Positions 52,464 through 64,000 of a DNA stretch of 64,000 bases are shown one piece after another (positions within the stretch are counted from its first letter, which is position 1; every line of letters begins with the position of its first letter). The DNA is from Monocercomonoides exilis PA203. Its lineage: Eukaryota > Protista > Preaxostyla. Below the pieces are notes generated by a model, which was not told the DNA's origin, searched no databases, and saw only the letters and a program-made list of their open reading frames with translations. Location of the stretch: assembly GCA_001643675.2 (NCBI GenBank), contig LSRY02000014.1, positions 1,178,001 to 1,242,000 of the forward strand. The letters run 5' to 3'. A program made the translations under genes and the position numbers.

Positions 52464-55400
52464 ATGACTTCAAGTTTGATTTGTTCTTTTTTCTGTACCT
52501 GCTTCAAATATGCATTTTTCTTTAAGATCACCTTTTGGATGAAGATGAAGGCGCTTTGTTTGAAGTTTTCGATAAAACAAAGAGTTTGAAAATTATACTT
52601 GAATTTTTATTTTATTTCGTTTGTGTTTACCTTTTTTTGAAGAAGCACCATCCGAGAATAAAAGAAAGCATTTTGATCAGCCACAAGTCGAGCAACCTCC
52701 GGAAGAAGAAGATCCTCTCGATGCTTACATGAAAACAATATATAATGAAACACAGGGGATTTCGACAAATACCGGGAAAAAGCAGATCCAAGAGGAGGAA
52801 GAGGATAAAGATTTTGAGGCCTCTCGTGGACTTCCAGAAATGAATGAATTAAATGCATTGTCATCGTTTGCTTCTTCGTTTCTTCCAAAGGAAAAACGAA
52901 AAATTCTTCCAGAGATTGATCATTCTACTATTGATTATCCTCCTTTTGAAAAAAATTTTTATTTTGATCCTCCTGAACTAGCGAAGCTTTCAAAGAAAGA
53001 AATTTTGGAAAGGCGCCAGCAGCTGGAAAATATAAGAGTTCGAGGAAAAGATTGCCCATGTCCGATCACTTCATGGGTACAAACAGGTCTCAATTCTCGT
53101 GTTCTTGAAGTTATTGAAAAAAAACTTCAATTTTCACAGCCCACTCCGATCCAGGCCCAAGTAATTCCAACGGCAATGAAAGGAAAAGATGTTATTGGAA
53201 TCGCCAAAACTGGGTCTGGGAAAACGATGGGATTTGTACTTCCAATGATCCGCCATGTGCTTGCTCAGCCACGCTGCCAGCCAGGTGAAGGCCCCATTGC
53301 GCTGATGATTGCACCGACGCGGGAGCTGTGCATCCAAATCTGGAGGGACACGCGCTCAGTGACGTCGTGCATCAAGATGACCGGGCACGGAGACGGAGGC
53401 GGAGGAGGCAGCAGCAGCGGGAGAGGGTGGGGCTGGTCGCGCTCCAGCATGAACGGCGGGAACGACGAGCGGATCCGGGTGGTGGCAGTGTATGGCGGGG
53501 CGACGGTGAATGTGTCTGACCAGATAGCGAAGCTGAAGAGCGGCGCAGAGGTGGTGGTGTGCACGCCTGGGCGCATGATCGAGCTGCTGGCGTTGAACGG
53601 CGGGAAAGTGACGACACTGTTTCGGACGACCTATGTGGTGCTGGACGAGGCTGACCGCATGATGGACTTGGGGTTCTCTCCGCAGATCACCAGGCTGCTG
53701 CAATGCATCCGGCCAGACAGGCAGACGCTGATGTTCTCGGCGACGTTTCCCCGGCAGCTCGAGGCGATGGCGAAGAACATCCTCACCAAGCCGATTGAAA
53801 TCATCGTCGGCCGAAAATCGTCTGTCTGTGCAGATGTCCACCAGATCATCCGGATCATCCGCCCAGACGAGACGAAGCTGGAGGTGCTGAAGGAAATCCT
53901 CTTCTTGTGGCGGAAAAGGGCAAAGGAGGAGGAAAGAGCAGGAATGTTCCAGCAGCCTGGACAGCCTGATCAAACAAATCAACCTAATCAGCCTGCTTCA
54001 GATGCCTCATCTTCAGCCACAACAGCAAACACATCTGCACCTTCTCAACAGACACAGACACAATCACTTGCCCCAGCATCCTCTCCCACCCCTGCTCCAA
54101 TCACCCCTGCGCTGACTCCATCCACTTCAGCCATCTTCGCCAGCCTCAATGCCTCTTCCACCCCAACACCCACAACCGCTTCTCGCACAGCCATAGCCTC
54201 CACTGCACCCACCCCTCAGCCTTCTGCTTCCCCTTCTCTGTCACCTTCTGTAGTCAATCTGTACGACACCCCTGCCTCACACCAGGGTCCAATTCTTGTG
54301 TTTGTGAAGGAGCAGACTGATGCAGACAAGCTGTTTGCCTCGTTGATTGAATGTGGCTTCCCTTGTTTACCACTGCACGGTGGAAGAGACCAAGCTGACC
54401 GCGACTCAGCGATTGGAGACTTCAAAGAAGGGAATGTGCCGATGCTGATCGCGACGTCGGTGGCGGCGCGTGGCTTGGATGTGAAAGGGCTGTCGCTTGT
54501 GGTGAATTATGACTGCCCTGATCATCTGGAGGACTATGTGCATCGAGTGGGGAGGACAGGAAGGGCTGGGCAGAAAGGTACAGCCATCACGTTTGTGCAT
54601 CCGGAGAGCTCGGGGGGAGATGATGACAGATACACACCGTCGCTGGTGAAGGCGATTAAGCAGAGTGCAGCGAATGTATCGGTGCCGGAGGATCTGCTGC
54701 AGATAGCGCAGAGCTATTTGGAGAGGGTGAGCAGCCACTTGGTGGCGATGCCGTCGTCTGGGTTTGGAGGGAAAGGGTTCAAGTTCGATGAGAACGAGGA
54801 GAAGCAGAAGGAGGTGGAGAAGGAGATGCTCAGGAAGCGGTTCCGCACAGGAGACGATGATGACGATGGGGCAGGAGAAGGCGGGATGGTGGAAGACGAC
54901 GGTGACGACGACTACGAAAGAGCAGAGCGGATTGCTATTTCGCATGGACTTGTACCACACGTGGCTTCACATCAGTCTTCTTCTTCTTCTTCTACTTCTG
55001 CTTCTGCATCAAGCACGGCTGTTGGTGCTGGATCTGGTATTGGTTCAGCAACAAGTGCTGCTTCTTCTCCTTCTTCTTCTGGTGCTTCTGCTTCTGGTTC
55101 TATCATACCTCCTTCTCCATCTCCTACCCACTCCACCACCTTCCTATCTCTATCACCAACACCGACATCAACTCCATTGCTATCAACAACACCTTCACAT
55201 TCCTCTTCCTCACAAGGCGTCACCCTCTTCACCCCAATCTCCTCTTTGTCTTCGGCCGAGGCAGCTACCGTGCTGCGTGCGAAGTCGAAGCTGACGCTGA
55301 CACCCGACCAGATCATGCGGTACATTGTGAAGACGATGCCTTTGCCATTGGGGCCAGGAGAGACCATTCAAAGAGTGCAGTGCAGCACACGCGATGGATT

Positions 55401-55887
55401 AACGTTTGTTGTCAGGAAGGATGCGACGGCGGAGCAGAGAAGGGCGGTGCTGCAATCGGCGATGGTGGCAGAGGCGGTGAGGCTGGAGGTGATGACAGGC
55501 ACACTACAGACAGCTAAGCCGGCTGCGGCAGGGGCTGGTGGCGTGGCTGCAGCTGCGTCGCATTTCTGTGAGGAGATGGAGATTAATGATTATCCTCAGA
55601 TGATAAGGAGTGCACTAACCAACCGCACGGAGCTGGCGTCGATAATGGAGCTGACAGCGACCAGCATCACTCCGCGTGGTATTTACTGCGAGAAGAATTT
55701 GAAGGGCATTTCTGTTGCTCCTCCTGGACAAAGGAAGTTGTTCTTGGCAATTGAAGGAGACAGCGCTGAAAAAGTCAGAAGAGCAAAGGCAATGCTTGTG
55801 CAGCGCATGACAGATGTTAAAGAGGAAATGATGCCTGTGGTTGGAGGCGTTGGCCAAGCTCACGGTAGATTTAAGGTGGTGAGTTGA
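52464..55887 (+). CDS. DDX46: DEAD-box RNA helicase Prp5/DDX46
   Basis: EDPLDAYM, AKTGSGKT, PTREL, TPGR, DEAD, SAT, ARGLD, HRVGRTGRAG, GFGGKGFKFDE, EINDYPQ. Two short 5' exons were inferred, so the start at 52464 is less certain. Confidence 0.95.
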
Positions 55888-55965
55888 ATTTGCCACATTT
55901 ATTGTTATTTAGTAATTTTTATGTTTTTTTAAAAATAAATAAATACATTTCCCAATATTCATTTC

Positions 55966-56275
55966 ATGGATGATCTGGAAAAAAGTTTTTTTCTTTTGTT
56001 TTTATTTTAATTGGTTTTATAATATTAATTTAACGATTACTTAAAAGAGGTACATTTAACTGACGCTGAAAGAAATAGGACAATCGAATCTCTTCGAAAT
56101 TTAAGGAGCACTGCTCAATTTTGGCTTGAACGACTCCAGGAGCTGGAAAAGGAACAAATTGCCTTATTGGAAATAAATTGTCCACATGATGAAAAATTGT
56201 CAAATGGTAGGAGTTATATTTAACTCATTTTAGAATTTATAATTGCTCTTTTATGAAATTTCAGAAGAATCTTGA
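55966..56275 (+). CDS. Putative 62-aa coiled-coil microprotein, 3 exons (missing from the ORF track)
   Basis: Two phase-1 GT-AG introns give MDDLEKKVHLTDAERNRTIESLRNLRSTAQFWLERLQELEKEQIALLEINCPHDEKLSNEES*; the exons are richer in GC than the flanks. Confidence 0.65.
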
Positions 56276-56576
56276 ATGACGTAAGAAATGTGTAACAAGT
56301 CTTCTTCACAACTTCGCACTTCATCAATTGTTGATTTTTAAATATAATTTTCACAGCTTAATTTTTATTTAATAGTTTTCGGCAAGAAATATTCAATTCA
56401 ATTTTTCAACAAAATCATAAAATTTTTAGAAAAAACTTAAGCATGTTTTTGTTTGTGAAATGTTTTTTTATAATTATATTTATAAAAAAGATGTGCAGAA
56501 ACTTCATACAGAACAATCTCCAAACAAATTCATTCTTGATCACAATGGATCTTTTCCGTATTAAATAGTTCTTAAA

Positions 56577-57325
56577 ATGTCAACGCCTTCGCGAAGAAGA
56601 TTAATGCGAGATTTTAAAAATCTCCAACAGGATCCTCCTTCTGGAATAACTGGCGCTCCAAAAGAGGATGATATGATGTTTTGGAATGCAGTGATCTTTG
56701 GGTATCAAAAATACATATAAATATCGTGAATTAACTTCATTTTTAATTCATTAATTGCTAAATATTAATTATTACCTTGTGTCGCATTTAAAAAAGCCCT
56801 GACGACACACCTTGGGAGGGTGGGACTTTCAAGTTAACCATGCAATTTTCTGAAGAATATCCAAACAAACCTCCTGTGGTCAAATTTGTGACGAAAATAT
56901 TTCATCCAAATGGTAGACTTTCCAACTTATAAGCATTTAATCATTCATATTTATTATTTGCGATTTTTCTATGATAACAAAGTGTATACTGATGGAAGTA
57001 TTTGTCTTGATATTCTCCAAAAACAGTGGAGCCCAATTTATGATGTGACGGCTATTCTTACATCAATTCAGGTAAGCGTTGTTGTGTTGATCCTGTTTCA
57101 TTCACCTTTCGCTCCAAATCTTTTCTTTCGCACTTTAGTCACTTCTTACTGATCCTAATCCCGCATCTCCCGCAAATTCTGAAGCAGCGAGATTATTTGC
57201 CACAAACAGACGAGAATATGACAGAAAAGTTAGGGAGGTCGTTGAAGAATCTTGTATGCAAATATATTTTTGGTTTTCCCAAATAATTATTCTTGTATAT
57301 TTCAGGGAGTGATCCAACTGAATAA
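56577..57325 (+). CDS. RAD6: Ubiquitin-conjugating enzyme Rad6/UBC2 (UBE2A/B), 5 exons
   Basis: [24 protein letters not shown]...[20 protein letters not shown]...[48 protein letters not shown]. Confidence 0.97.
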
Positions 57326-57949
57326 AATGAAATTTTGTTTTTATTTTTAATATTTATATCCTTTTATTTGGCTTTTGAACATTCATCTTATTTAACCGTT
57401 CCTTTTTCAAATCGAACATGGTTTCATAGCTGTCATGTTCAAAAAAAAAGATTTAATTTCAACTAGAAATACCAAATTTTTGTTCTTGTTCACAGAAAAG
57501 TTTATTACAATTATGAAAAATATCCAAGAAATATTCTTCAAGAGGAATAAAAATGACTGAATTAATCTTTTATTTTTGAATCTTGGATGATAAGTTCAAT
57601 TATTTGAGATATGATAAAATGAGAAGTGAAACAGAAAAAGAAATCGTTTTTAAATCACAGAGTTATATTCAAATAAGATCATTAATCATAGCGTTTAAAG
57701 TGTCTTTTCCAAGAAGGTATTTCCAACATTTAACAACGTTTCTGAACTTGATCACACTTTTTTTTAAAAGTTTAAATTAAAAACATTCTGACAGATTTGA
57801 AATTACATATTTCTTGATGACAACAAGCAAAATTGATTGCTCTAAAATTCACAAGAATTGAAAATGTCAATTCAACCTCTCCTGTTTTGGAGGAAGATAA
57901 GAAGAAAACTCAAAAAAAAAAATGAAACGGTTTTAAAGATAGTCATTTT

Positions 57950-59296
57950 TCAGATCTTCATCATCGTCGATCCTTCTCTTTCTTTCTCGCTTTTCTCAGA
58001 ATTCTGCTGGTTTAATACAACCGTTTGGAGAAACGGGCCTTGTGCTGTGCTTTCGGTCTGTCTGCGTCTTTCTTCATTGGCGACGTGAATTGATGAATAC
58101 GAAGAAGGACGAGACAGATGCGGAGAAAGCATCAGTTGGGTTGAATTTGGTGATGTTGTTTGTTTAGCCACAGAATTTGAAGATGATGAAGTTTGTGGAT
58201 GAGTGGATAAAGCTGAAGAGCCTGTTGACCGACTTGGAGAAAACACCGAGAAGGAATGGGGAGATGTGGGGGAATGAGGAGAAGGTGTCTCTCGGGCTTG
58301 CCTGGTTTTTGTGCTTGAGAGCGAAGGAGATGGATATCGGTCTTTGAAGACAGGGCGGAATCTTGTTGGAATTGGGGAATATTTTTGGGTGGATGAATTT
58401 GCAGCTGCAGGAGAAGCAGATGATTTTTTTGGAGTCCCACTTGTTGGTTCATTCGGTGCAGCACTTGAATCTGAAGCAGAAGGAGATGCAGAAGACACTG
58501 AAGATTCATTTGAAGATTCTGACGCTGATGGAGAAGTGATTGATTCTATCGAAGACAAAGCCTCTGGGCGATGCTGCAAATGAGCCTGACGGCTCGAAGA
58601 ATCTGGATGCATTGTGGAAGAGTTTGCAAAGCCACTTTCTTGTTTTGATTGTCGAGACAGCATTTCCGAAGTTGCATTGCTTGCACTAGGCCTTGTAAAT
58701 CCCTTTGCCTTTCCTGCATCATTGCCCGGCTTTTGCTCTTTCATTTGCCGAGTTGTTGAATACTCTCTGACAGCTTTAACTGCATGCTGCTGAGAGGGCA
58801 TTTCAAATGATACCGAATGTTGTGTAGCAGACTGAGAAATGCTTGAATCGGGTGGTAACATAACCATCTTCAGTTTGTCAGATAGAGATAACGAATTTGA
58901 CAGAAGAAGAGATTCTAAAAATGGATCTCCTGATGGAGGAAATATTTCTTTGTCTTCGTCTGTCTCAAAAAGATGAGAATCATGTTCATCTACACATACA
59001 GGTGATCGAGGCGAACACGGCGATGGAATTCGAGGAGGAGGGAGGAGCAAGGAAAGAGGCGGAACATCGACATGCGTTCCAATTTTTGTTGTTAACAGCG
59101 TTTCATGAAGTTCTTTCAATTGTTGTGATGACGGATTTTGTTTCAAAGCATATTCAACATCCTTTATTTGTTCTTCTCGTTCTTCTCGCTCATCTTCCTC
59201 TGTGTAAATATATGGAGTACTTTCGACAACTTCAATATGCGGATCAATTGTAAACTCATGTTTTGAAGATTTTGAATCTTGAAGTTTGAAATTCAT
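57950..59296 (-). CDS. Uncharacterised Ser/Pro-rich protein, 448 aa
   Basis: Long ATG-initiated ORF; no recognisable domain. Confidence 0.65.
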   Translation of the reverse strand: MNFKLQDSKSSKHEFTIDPHIEVVESTPYIYTEEDEREEREEQIKDVEYALKQNPSSQQLKELHETLLTTKIGTHVDVPPLSLLLPPPRIPSPCSPRSPVCVDEHDSHLFETDEDKEIFPPSGDPFLESLLLSNSLSLSDKLKMVMLPPDSSISQSATQHSVSFEMPSQQHAVKAVREYSTTRQMKEQKPGNDAGKAKGFTRPSASNATSEMLSRQSKQESGFANSSTMHPDSSSRQAHLQHRPEALSSIESITSPSASESSNESSVSSASPSASDSSAAPNEPTSGTPKKSSASPAAANSSTQKYSPIPTRFRPVFKDRYPSPSLSSTKTRQARETPSPHSPTSPHSFSVFSPSRSTGSSALSTHPQTSSSSNSVAKQTTSPNSTQLMLSPHLSRPSSYSSIHVANEERRRQTESTAQGPFLQTVVLNQQNSEKSEKEREGSTMMKI

Positions 59297-60007
59297 TAAT
59301 AAGAATAATACATCGCAAGTTAAGATAAATATTTAAATTACAAACTTTGAGTGCTGCCGTGAGATTCATTTAAATTTTTATCATTCGGTGGATGTTGAGA
59401 ATAAAAAGCTTTTTCGTTCGCACGCGAATTTGCCATTAAAAATGAATTGAATGAAATAAAATTGCAAGAAATGTTTCAAAAAGTTGCGCTTCAAGCAGTT
59501 TTTTTGAATATTTATTTTTGATCAATAAACGTTATTTTCTATTCGAAAAAAAATTTGATAAATACTTTATCACTAAAAGTCAATTAATATTGTTATAAGT
59601 GGCTGTGAAAAGTAAAAAATGGAAAATGTTTTGCAAAGATTTGAAAAGAAAAATATAATTCACAAAAGAAATAATTCCAAAATGTGAAAAAGAAGAATAC
59701 ATAAAAAAGCTTAATTTTTCATAATATAAACCGAAACCACAAAAAGTGCATTACCGTTGTGATGTGAAGCGACATGAAGCTAAAACGTTTGTTAAAGCAA
59801 CGATTTGAAATGTTACAAATAATATACTATTCCTTTCACAATTTGTAGGATTATCAAAAATGATCAATGAAAGTGTGAACATCTTGATAACAGAAAAAAA
59901 AGAAAAGAAAAGAAAGAAAGAAAAAGAAAGATATATGATGCAAATATGAGCACCATAGGCACATTCAGTATAGCATTTTGATCCATTCATCTCTGCTAAA
60001 TGATGCT

Positions 60008-63000
60008 TTAATTATTCTCATCAATAACATTCTTCTCATAATGCATGGTTTCAGCATCAGAAGTCACTTCTGATTCATCCCCTGGTTCCTTCAATTGTTC
60101 TTTTTCTGTTTGTTTTTCCATACAATCTGTTTGTTCCAAGGACACATGGCTCTTTCTCCGTGTCTCCTGGCTGCTGTAGCTCAACTGCTCTTCTGTCGCA
60201 CTTCCAATAAGATGATGAGCATGAATAGGAGAACAAGGGTGCTGGGGCTGTTGAATCTGCAGCTGTGGAGGAAACGCAGAAGGAGCAGAAGGCTGTGGGT
60301 GAGTGGTGGGGAATGTGTAGAGTGAGTGCATAGAGGCATATGAAGATGAACTGGAGGTTGGTGTCAGAAGGGGTGGGGTGTCAGAACGGACAGTGCTGAG
60401 GGAAGGGGAAAGAGAGACGGGAGAGTGAGGCAATTTGAGATACATTGAGGTTGAAAGAGAGGAGGAGGAAGAAGAAGAGGAAGAGGAAGAAGAAGAAGAT
60501 GATGATAAGGGAAGTGGAGGTGATGGATTTGTTGAAGAAGTGGGAAGTTTGTTGTTTGAAGTGAGAAACTGTGTCTGTAAGAGCTCGTCTCCCTGATTGA
60601 GCGTAGCACTGCTGGTATTTGTCAATGCTTCTTTTATCTCTTCAGACAAAGTGAATGAATTTGAGGGCTTGTTAGCTTCATTGGTAGAGAAAGAAGAAGA
60701 AGAAGATGATGATGATGAAGGCACAGGAAGTGTGGCAGCAAGACGCTGTTCTTCAGTCTCATTAGGATGAAGTGTGAGTGGCTGATACGACAGCTCCAGC
60801 TGTGCTTGAGAACGAGAAGCGAATGAATTGTGCTTTTTGCTTGGAGAACTTTGCGGACTTCGATCAGAAAGAAGCTCAACTTGAGAATCAGACGGAGCAA
60901 AATGGGGAGATAAAGAAGTGACAACAACAGGCGCTTTCTGTATTTTGACTTTAACATCTTCTCCTTCTCTTCCTTCTTCTTCTCGTTCAATTGAACGATT
61001 GTGAGATGCAATCACAAAAGCAGCTGAAGTCGTCTGGAGTGTATCTGAAAGCACAGCTTGCGACTTGTCATCTGAAATTGTGTCAAACGGAACAGAAAAA
61101 ATAGACTGCTGGTTTGCATTTTGTGATTGCCCATTCGATTCTTCGAGATGTGGAGTGGAAGGAGAAGATAAAGAATGCGAACGAATAGGCGAAGAAGAAG
61201 CAGAAGAAGCAGACGACTGCTCAGCTGAAAAAACAGGCGAGTCAAAATGACCTGCAATGTTTATCGCTTCATTCAGCTGAGGAGAAGGCGTCGCTGCAAA
61301 TGTGTCGTTAACATTCGCCTCGCTGTCCAATGTCGAGCTCAGCCCTTTTGAGGAAGAGGCATCAAATCCCTTATTCGAAGCAGTGGATGCAGAAGCAGAA
61401 GAAGCAGCTGGCTGTGCAAGCCTCTCAGTGATAAGCGATGTGGACTCGTCCAGCGTGCTTCTGGCTGTCTGCGCAGTTGGATTGAGCATTTGAGGAATCC
61501 CCTGGGAAGATAAAGATAAAGCTGGAGACGAAGCTGAAGCTGAAGTGGACAAAGGTAAAGACAAAGGCAAAAGCAAAGGCTGGGATAAATGAGTCACTTG
61601 TGCCTGATTCCGCTCTAATGATGCAATAGGAGATGAGTGCAAAGGAAGTGGAACTGTATTAGCAAGATCATCCAGTGTAATGATTGGTGGGGTGCTTTGA
61701 TTAGGAACATCACTGTCTTTTGCCTCATCACGTTCTGTTTGTGTAACTGCAGTCTTTTCGAGCGTGGGCGTGTGCATCAGCGCTCTTTCGTTGTCTTCTT
61801 TGTTTTTTTCTTCGTTTTCTGCGCCGCTTGCCCCGTCGCCTGAATGTGCTGCAAGCGTCTTCCCGTCTCTCAGCGCTTCAAGAGCAGGGAACAGCTCATT
61901 CATCTGCAGAATTCCATTGACATTCTTCGCTTCTTTCCTTCCATCTGACACTGAATTAGGCTCTGCCCCTTTTCTATTGCTATTACTAACACTGCTGCTG
62001 CTGCTTCCTGGCCTTAGAGGAGAACAATAAGGTGACGATCCACTGCTGCTTGTGGAAGGGCGACTGGAATGGAGTGGAGGAAGGCGCATGGACGAAGAAG
62101 GAGATGAGATTATGGATCCTCTCTTGTTCGGAGGAGTCGCTGTGGAAGAGTCCTGTGACGCCTGTTCGGAAATCTTTTCGTATTCCTTTTGAGAAGTTGA
62201 TTGAGAAGATTTATTAAATGTTGTTTGCTCACTGCCTTTACCAGTTTTTATTTGAGAATCAGAAGGAAAACCTGAAGATTCAATGTTTGCTCTTTCATTC
62301 TCTGCCTCATTCACTTTTGTATCACTATTTTCTCCAATCTTATCTGTTTCTTTATTCTTTTCCTCATTCTCTACTTTCTCCTCCTTTTTCTTCGCCTCCA
62401 TCTCTTCCATCTCCCTCTCCCTCTGCTCTCTCTCCGCTCTGTTCTTCATAATCCTCTGCAGTTTCTCTGCCCTCAGCCTCTTCTCTTCCTCCTCATACTG
62501 CGCTGTCTCCTGCGCCACTCGTGCTGACAGATAGCTCCACCGCCGGCTGATCGTGTTCAGCAGCCAGTCGATCCCTCTCTCCAGCCCTTCGTCTGACTTC
62601 TTCACACTGAAACTGTACATCGCATTGCTGTCTGGTTGTTGTTGTTGTTGTTGTTGTTGCAGTAAGTTTGAAGAAGAAGAAGAAGAAGAGGAGGAGGAGG
62701 AGAAGGAAGATTGAGATGAGGATGAGGATGATGAGGCGGACGAGGAGGAAGGGGAAAATGAAGACGAGGATGAAGAATAAGATGTAGTCAGCAACGGCGA
62801 CGGTACAATATCTGATTTTGTGCTTGTATTTGAATGGGGGTTGGATATAAATGATACAGAACACTGTGCAGAAAGCGGAGAAACGGAGCCTTCGACGACA
62901 GGCGTGGGTGATTCAACAGGAACATTCGCTGGCGTCACAGAAGAAGGAACAGCAGACGAAGGGCATTCGTCTGAAGAAGGGTGGATCTTCTGTGTTGTCT

Positions 63001-64000
63001 GGCGTATTCCCTTTCTCCTTCGGTGGCTGCTTTGTTGATGTGAAATGCCCTTCAAGTTGTCAGAAGAAAGCGACAAAGAAGAGGAAGAACGAGAATGCCC
63101 TGCCGATGTCTCTGACGACGATGAGTCGTCTGCCTCGCTTTCTGACTCCATTTCCGTCTCCACTCCATTCGAAGCACCTTTCTCAGCCAAAACCTCAAAC
63201 CCGCCTTGAACAAACGCACCCTTTGCTGAAAAGCTGAGTGCCATGTCGTTTTCGCCTGTGCCGTGTGGGACAGGGGTGTTGGCAGAGGAGAACTCGCTTG
63301 CGACATACGGAAGAGGCGAGCTGGAAAACTGCTTGGGGTCTTCTCGGCACTCGGGATATGAGTGAGTATGCGAGGGAACAACAGATAGAGAAGATTGGGA
63401 ATTGGCATGTGAAGATGATGAGGATGATGAGGATGATGAAGCAGGAACAGCAGAAGCAGCAGCTGACGGTGTGAATGCAGCAGAGTCAATGGAGAAGTGC
63501 ATCAGCGCAGACACAGGCACAGTCGACGACGAAAGCGCGCCAGACGATCCGTATTCGCTGCGTGCACCGATGTCTGGTGATGTGATGGTGTAGTCAGGGC
63601 AGAACAGATGCGGGGTTGTTGGGCACGGCACGTTCATCCCGCGCGGCTGTGGCTCCTGCAGCGGGAGGGAGAGCGAAGCAGAGCTGTGTGTTGAAGCGTT
63701 GCCTGTGGATGCAGTGAGGGCTGTTGAGGGAACAGGAGACGAGGCGTCTGTGGGGGAGACGGTGCGGGTGGACGGCTGGAAGGCGGAGTCTGGGCGATGT
63801 GAGAAGGTGACGGCCAAATGGCTGCGTGATGGGGAAGAGAATTGCTCTGCAGGCGGTTGTGATGGATGCTCTGAAGTGTGGGAAGAAGAAAGGGAGGAGA
63901 AGGAAGAAGAGGAAGAAGAAGAGGAAGAAGAAGAGGAAGAAGATGATGATGAATGAAGTGTGGTTGTTATTGATGATGATGACGACGACGACGACGAAGA
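60008..64000 (-). CDS. Large Ser-rich low-complexity protein with a central coiled coil; 5' end outside the window
   Basis: ORF of more than 1269 aa whose frame appears open to the window edge; ordered island GLERGIDWLLNTISRRWSYLSARV followed by an E/K/R-rich coil. Confidence 0.75.
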   Translation of the reverse strand, partial: SSSSSSSSSSITTTLHSSSSSSSSSSSSSSSSSFSSLSSSHTSEHPSQPPAEQFSSPSRSHLAVTFSHRPDSAFQPSTRTVSPTDASSPVPSTALTASTGNASTHSSASLSLPLQEPQPRGMNVPCPTTPHLFCPDYTITSPDIGARSEYGSSGALSSSTVPVSALMHFSIDSAAFTPSAAASAVPASSSSSSSSSSHANSQSSLSVVPSHTHSYPECREDPKQFSSSPLPYVASEFSSANTPVPHGTGENDMALSFSAKGAFVQGGFEVLAEKGASNGVETEMESESEADDSSSSETSAGHSRSSSSLSLSSDNLKGISHQQSSHRRRKGIRQTTQKIHPSSDECPSSAVPSSVTPANVPVESPTPVVEGSVSPLSAQCSVSFISNPHSNTSTKSDIVPSPLLTTSYSSSSSSFSPSSSSASSSSSSSQSSFSSSSSSSSSSSNLLQQQQQQQQPDSNAMYSFSVKKSDEGLERGIDWLLNTISRRWSYLSARVAQETAQYEEEEKRLRAEKLQRIMKNRAEREQREREMEEMEAKKKEEKVENEEKNKETDKIGENSDTKVNEAENERANIESSGFPSDSQIKTGKGSEQTTFNKSSQSTSQKEYEKISEQASQDSSTATPPNKRGSIISSPSSSMRLPPLHSSRPSTSSSGSSPYCSPLRPGSSSSSVSNSNRKGAEPNSVSDGRKEAKNVNGILQMNELFPALEALRDGKTLAAHSGDGASGAENEEKNKEDNERALMHTPTLEKTAVTQTERDEAKDSDVPNQSTPPIITLDDLANTVPLPLHSSPIASLERNQAQVTHLSQPLLLPLSLPLSTSASASSPALSLSSQGIPQMLNPTAQTARSTLDESTSLITERLAQPAASSASASTASNKGFDASSSKGLSSTLDSEANVNDTFAATPSPQLNEAINIAGHFDSPVFSAEQSSASSASSSPIRSHSLSSPSTPHLEESNGQSQNANQQSIFSVPFDTISDDKSQAVLSDTLQTTSAAFVIASHNRSIEREEEGREGEDVKVKIQKAPVVVTSLSPHFAPSDSQVELLSDRSPQSSPSKKHNSFASRSQAQLELSYQPLTLHPNETEEQRLAATLPVPSSSSSSSSSFSTNEANKPSNSFTLSEEIKEALTNTSSATLNQGDELLQTQFLTSNNKLPTSSTNPSPPLPLSSSSSSSSSSSSSSSSLSTSMYLKLPHSPVSLSPSLSTVRSDTPPLLTPTSSSSSYASMHSLYTFPTTHPQPSAPSAFPPQLQIQQPQHPCSPIHAHHLIGSATEEQLSYSSQETRRKSHVSLEQTDCMEKQTEKEQLKEPGDESEVTSDAETMHYEKNVIDENN

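Overview
AT-rich, intron-containing eukaryotic (protist) genomic DNA using the standard genetic code. The receptor-like pseudokinase family, Ser-rich low-complexity proteins and GTTTG-type intron donors are reminiscent of the oxymonad Monocercomonoides, but that assignment is inference. Bases 1-11,500 are an accessory zone: a large receptor-like pseudokinase, a pseudogenised paralog, gene debris, a TA-flanked foldback MITE and a decayed Merlin/IS1595-type transposase. Bases 11,800-64,000 are a compact housekeeping block. It holds an 8-TM protein, ATG8, CHMP1/Did2, a 7-TM protein, RPS12, a SAPS/PP6R subunit, a PH protein, RNase T2, a rhomboid-like protein, exportin-7, RPS27, a SET protein, p24, an ATG16-like protein, Prp5/DDX46, a 62-aa microprotein, Rad6/UBC2 and several Ser-rich orphans. 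Several of these had to be reconstructed by manual splicing and are absent or fragmentary in the ORF track. A gene-free island (about 46.2-50.0 kb) contains 3-4 abutting inverted-repeat elements, including a 412-bp zero-spacer palindrome. No rRNA, tRNA or CRISPR array was seen.
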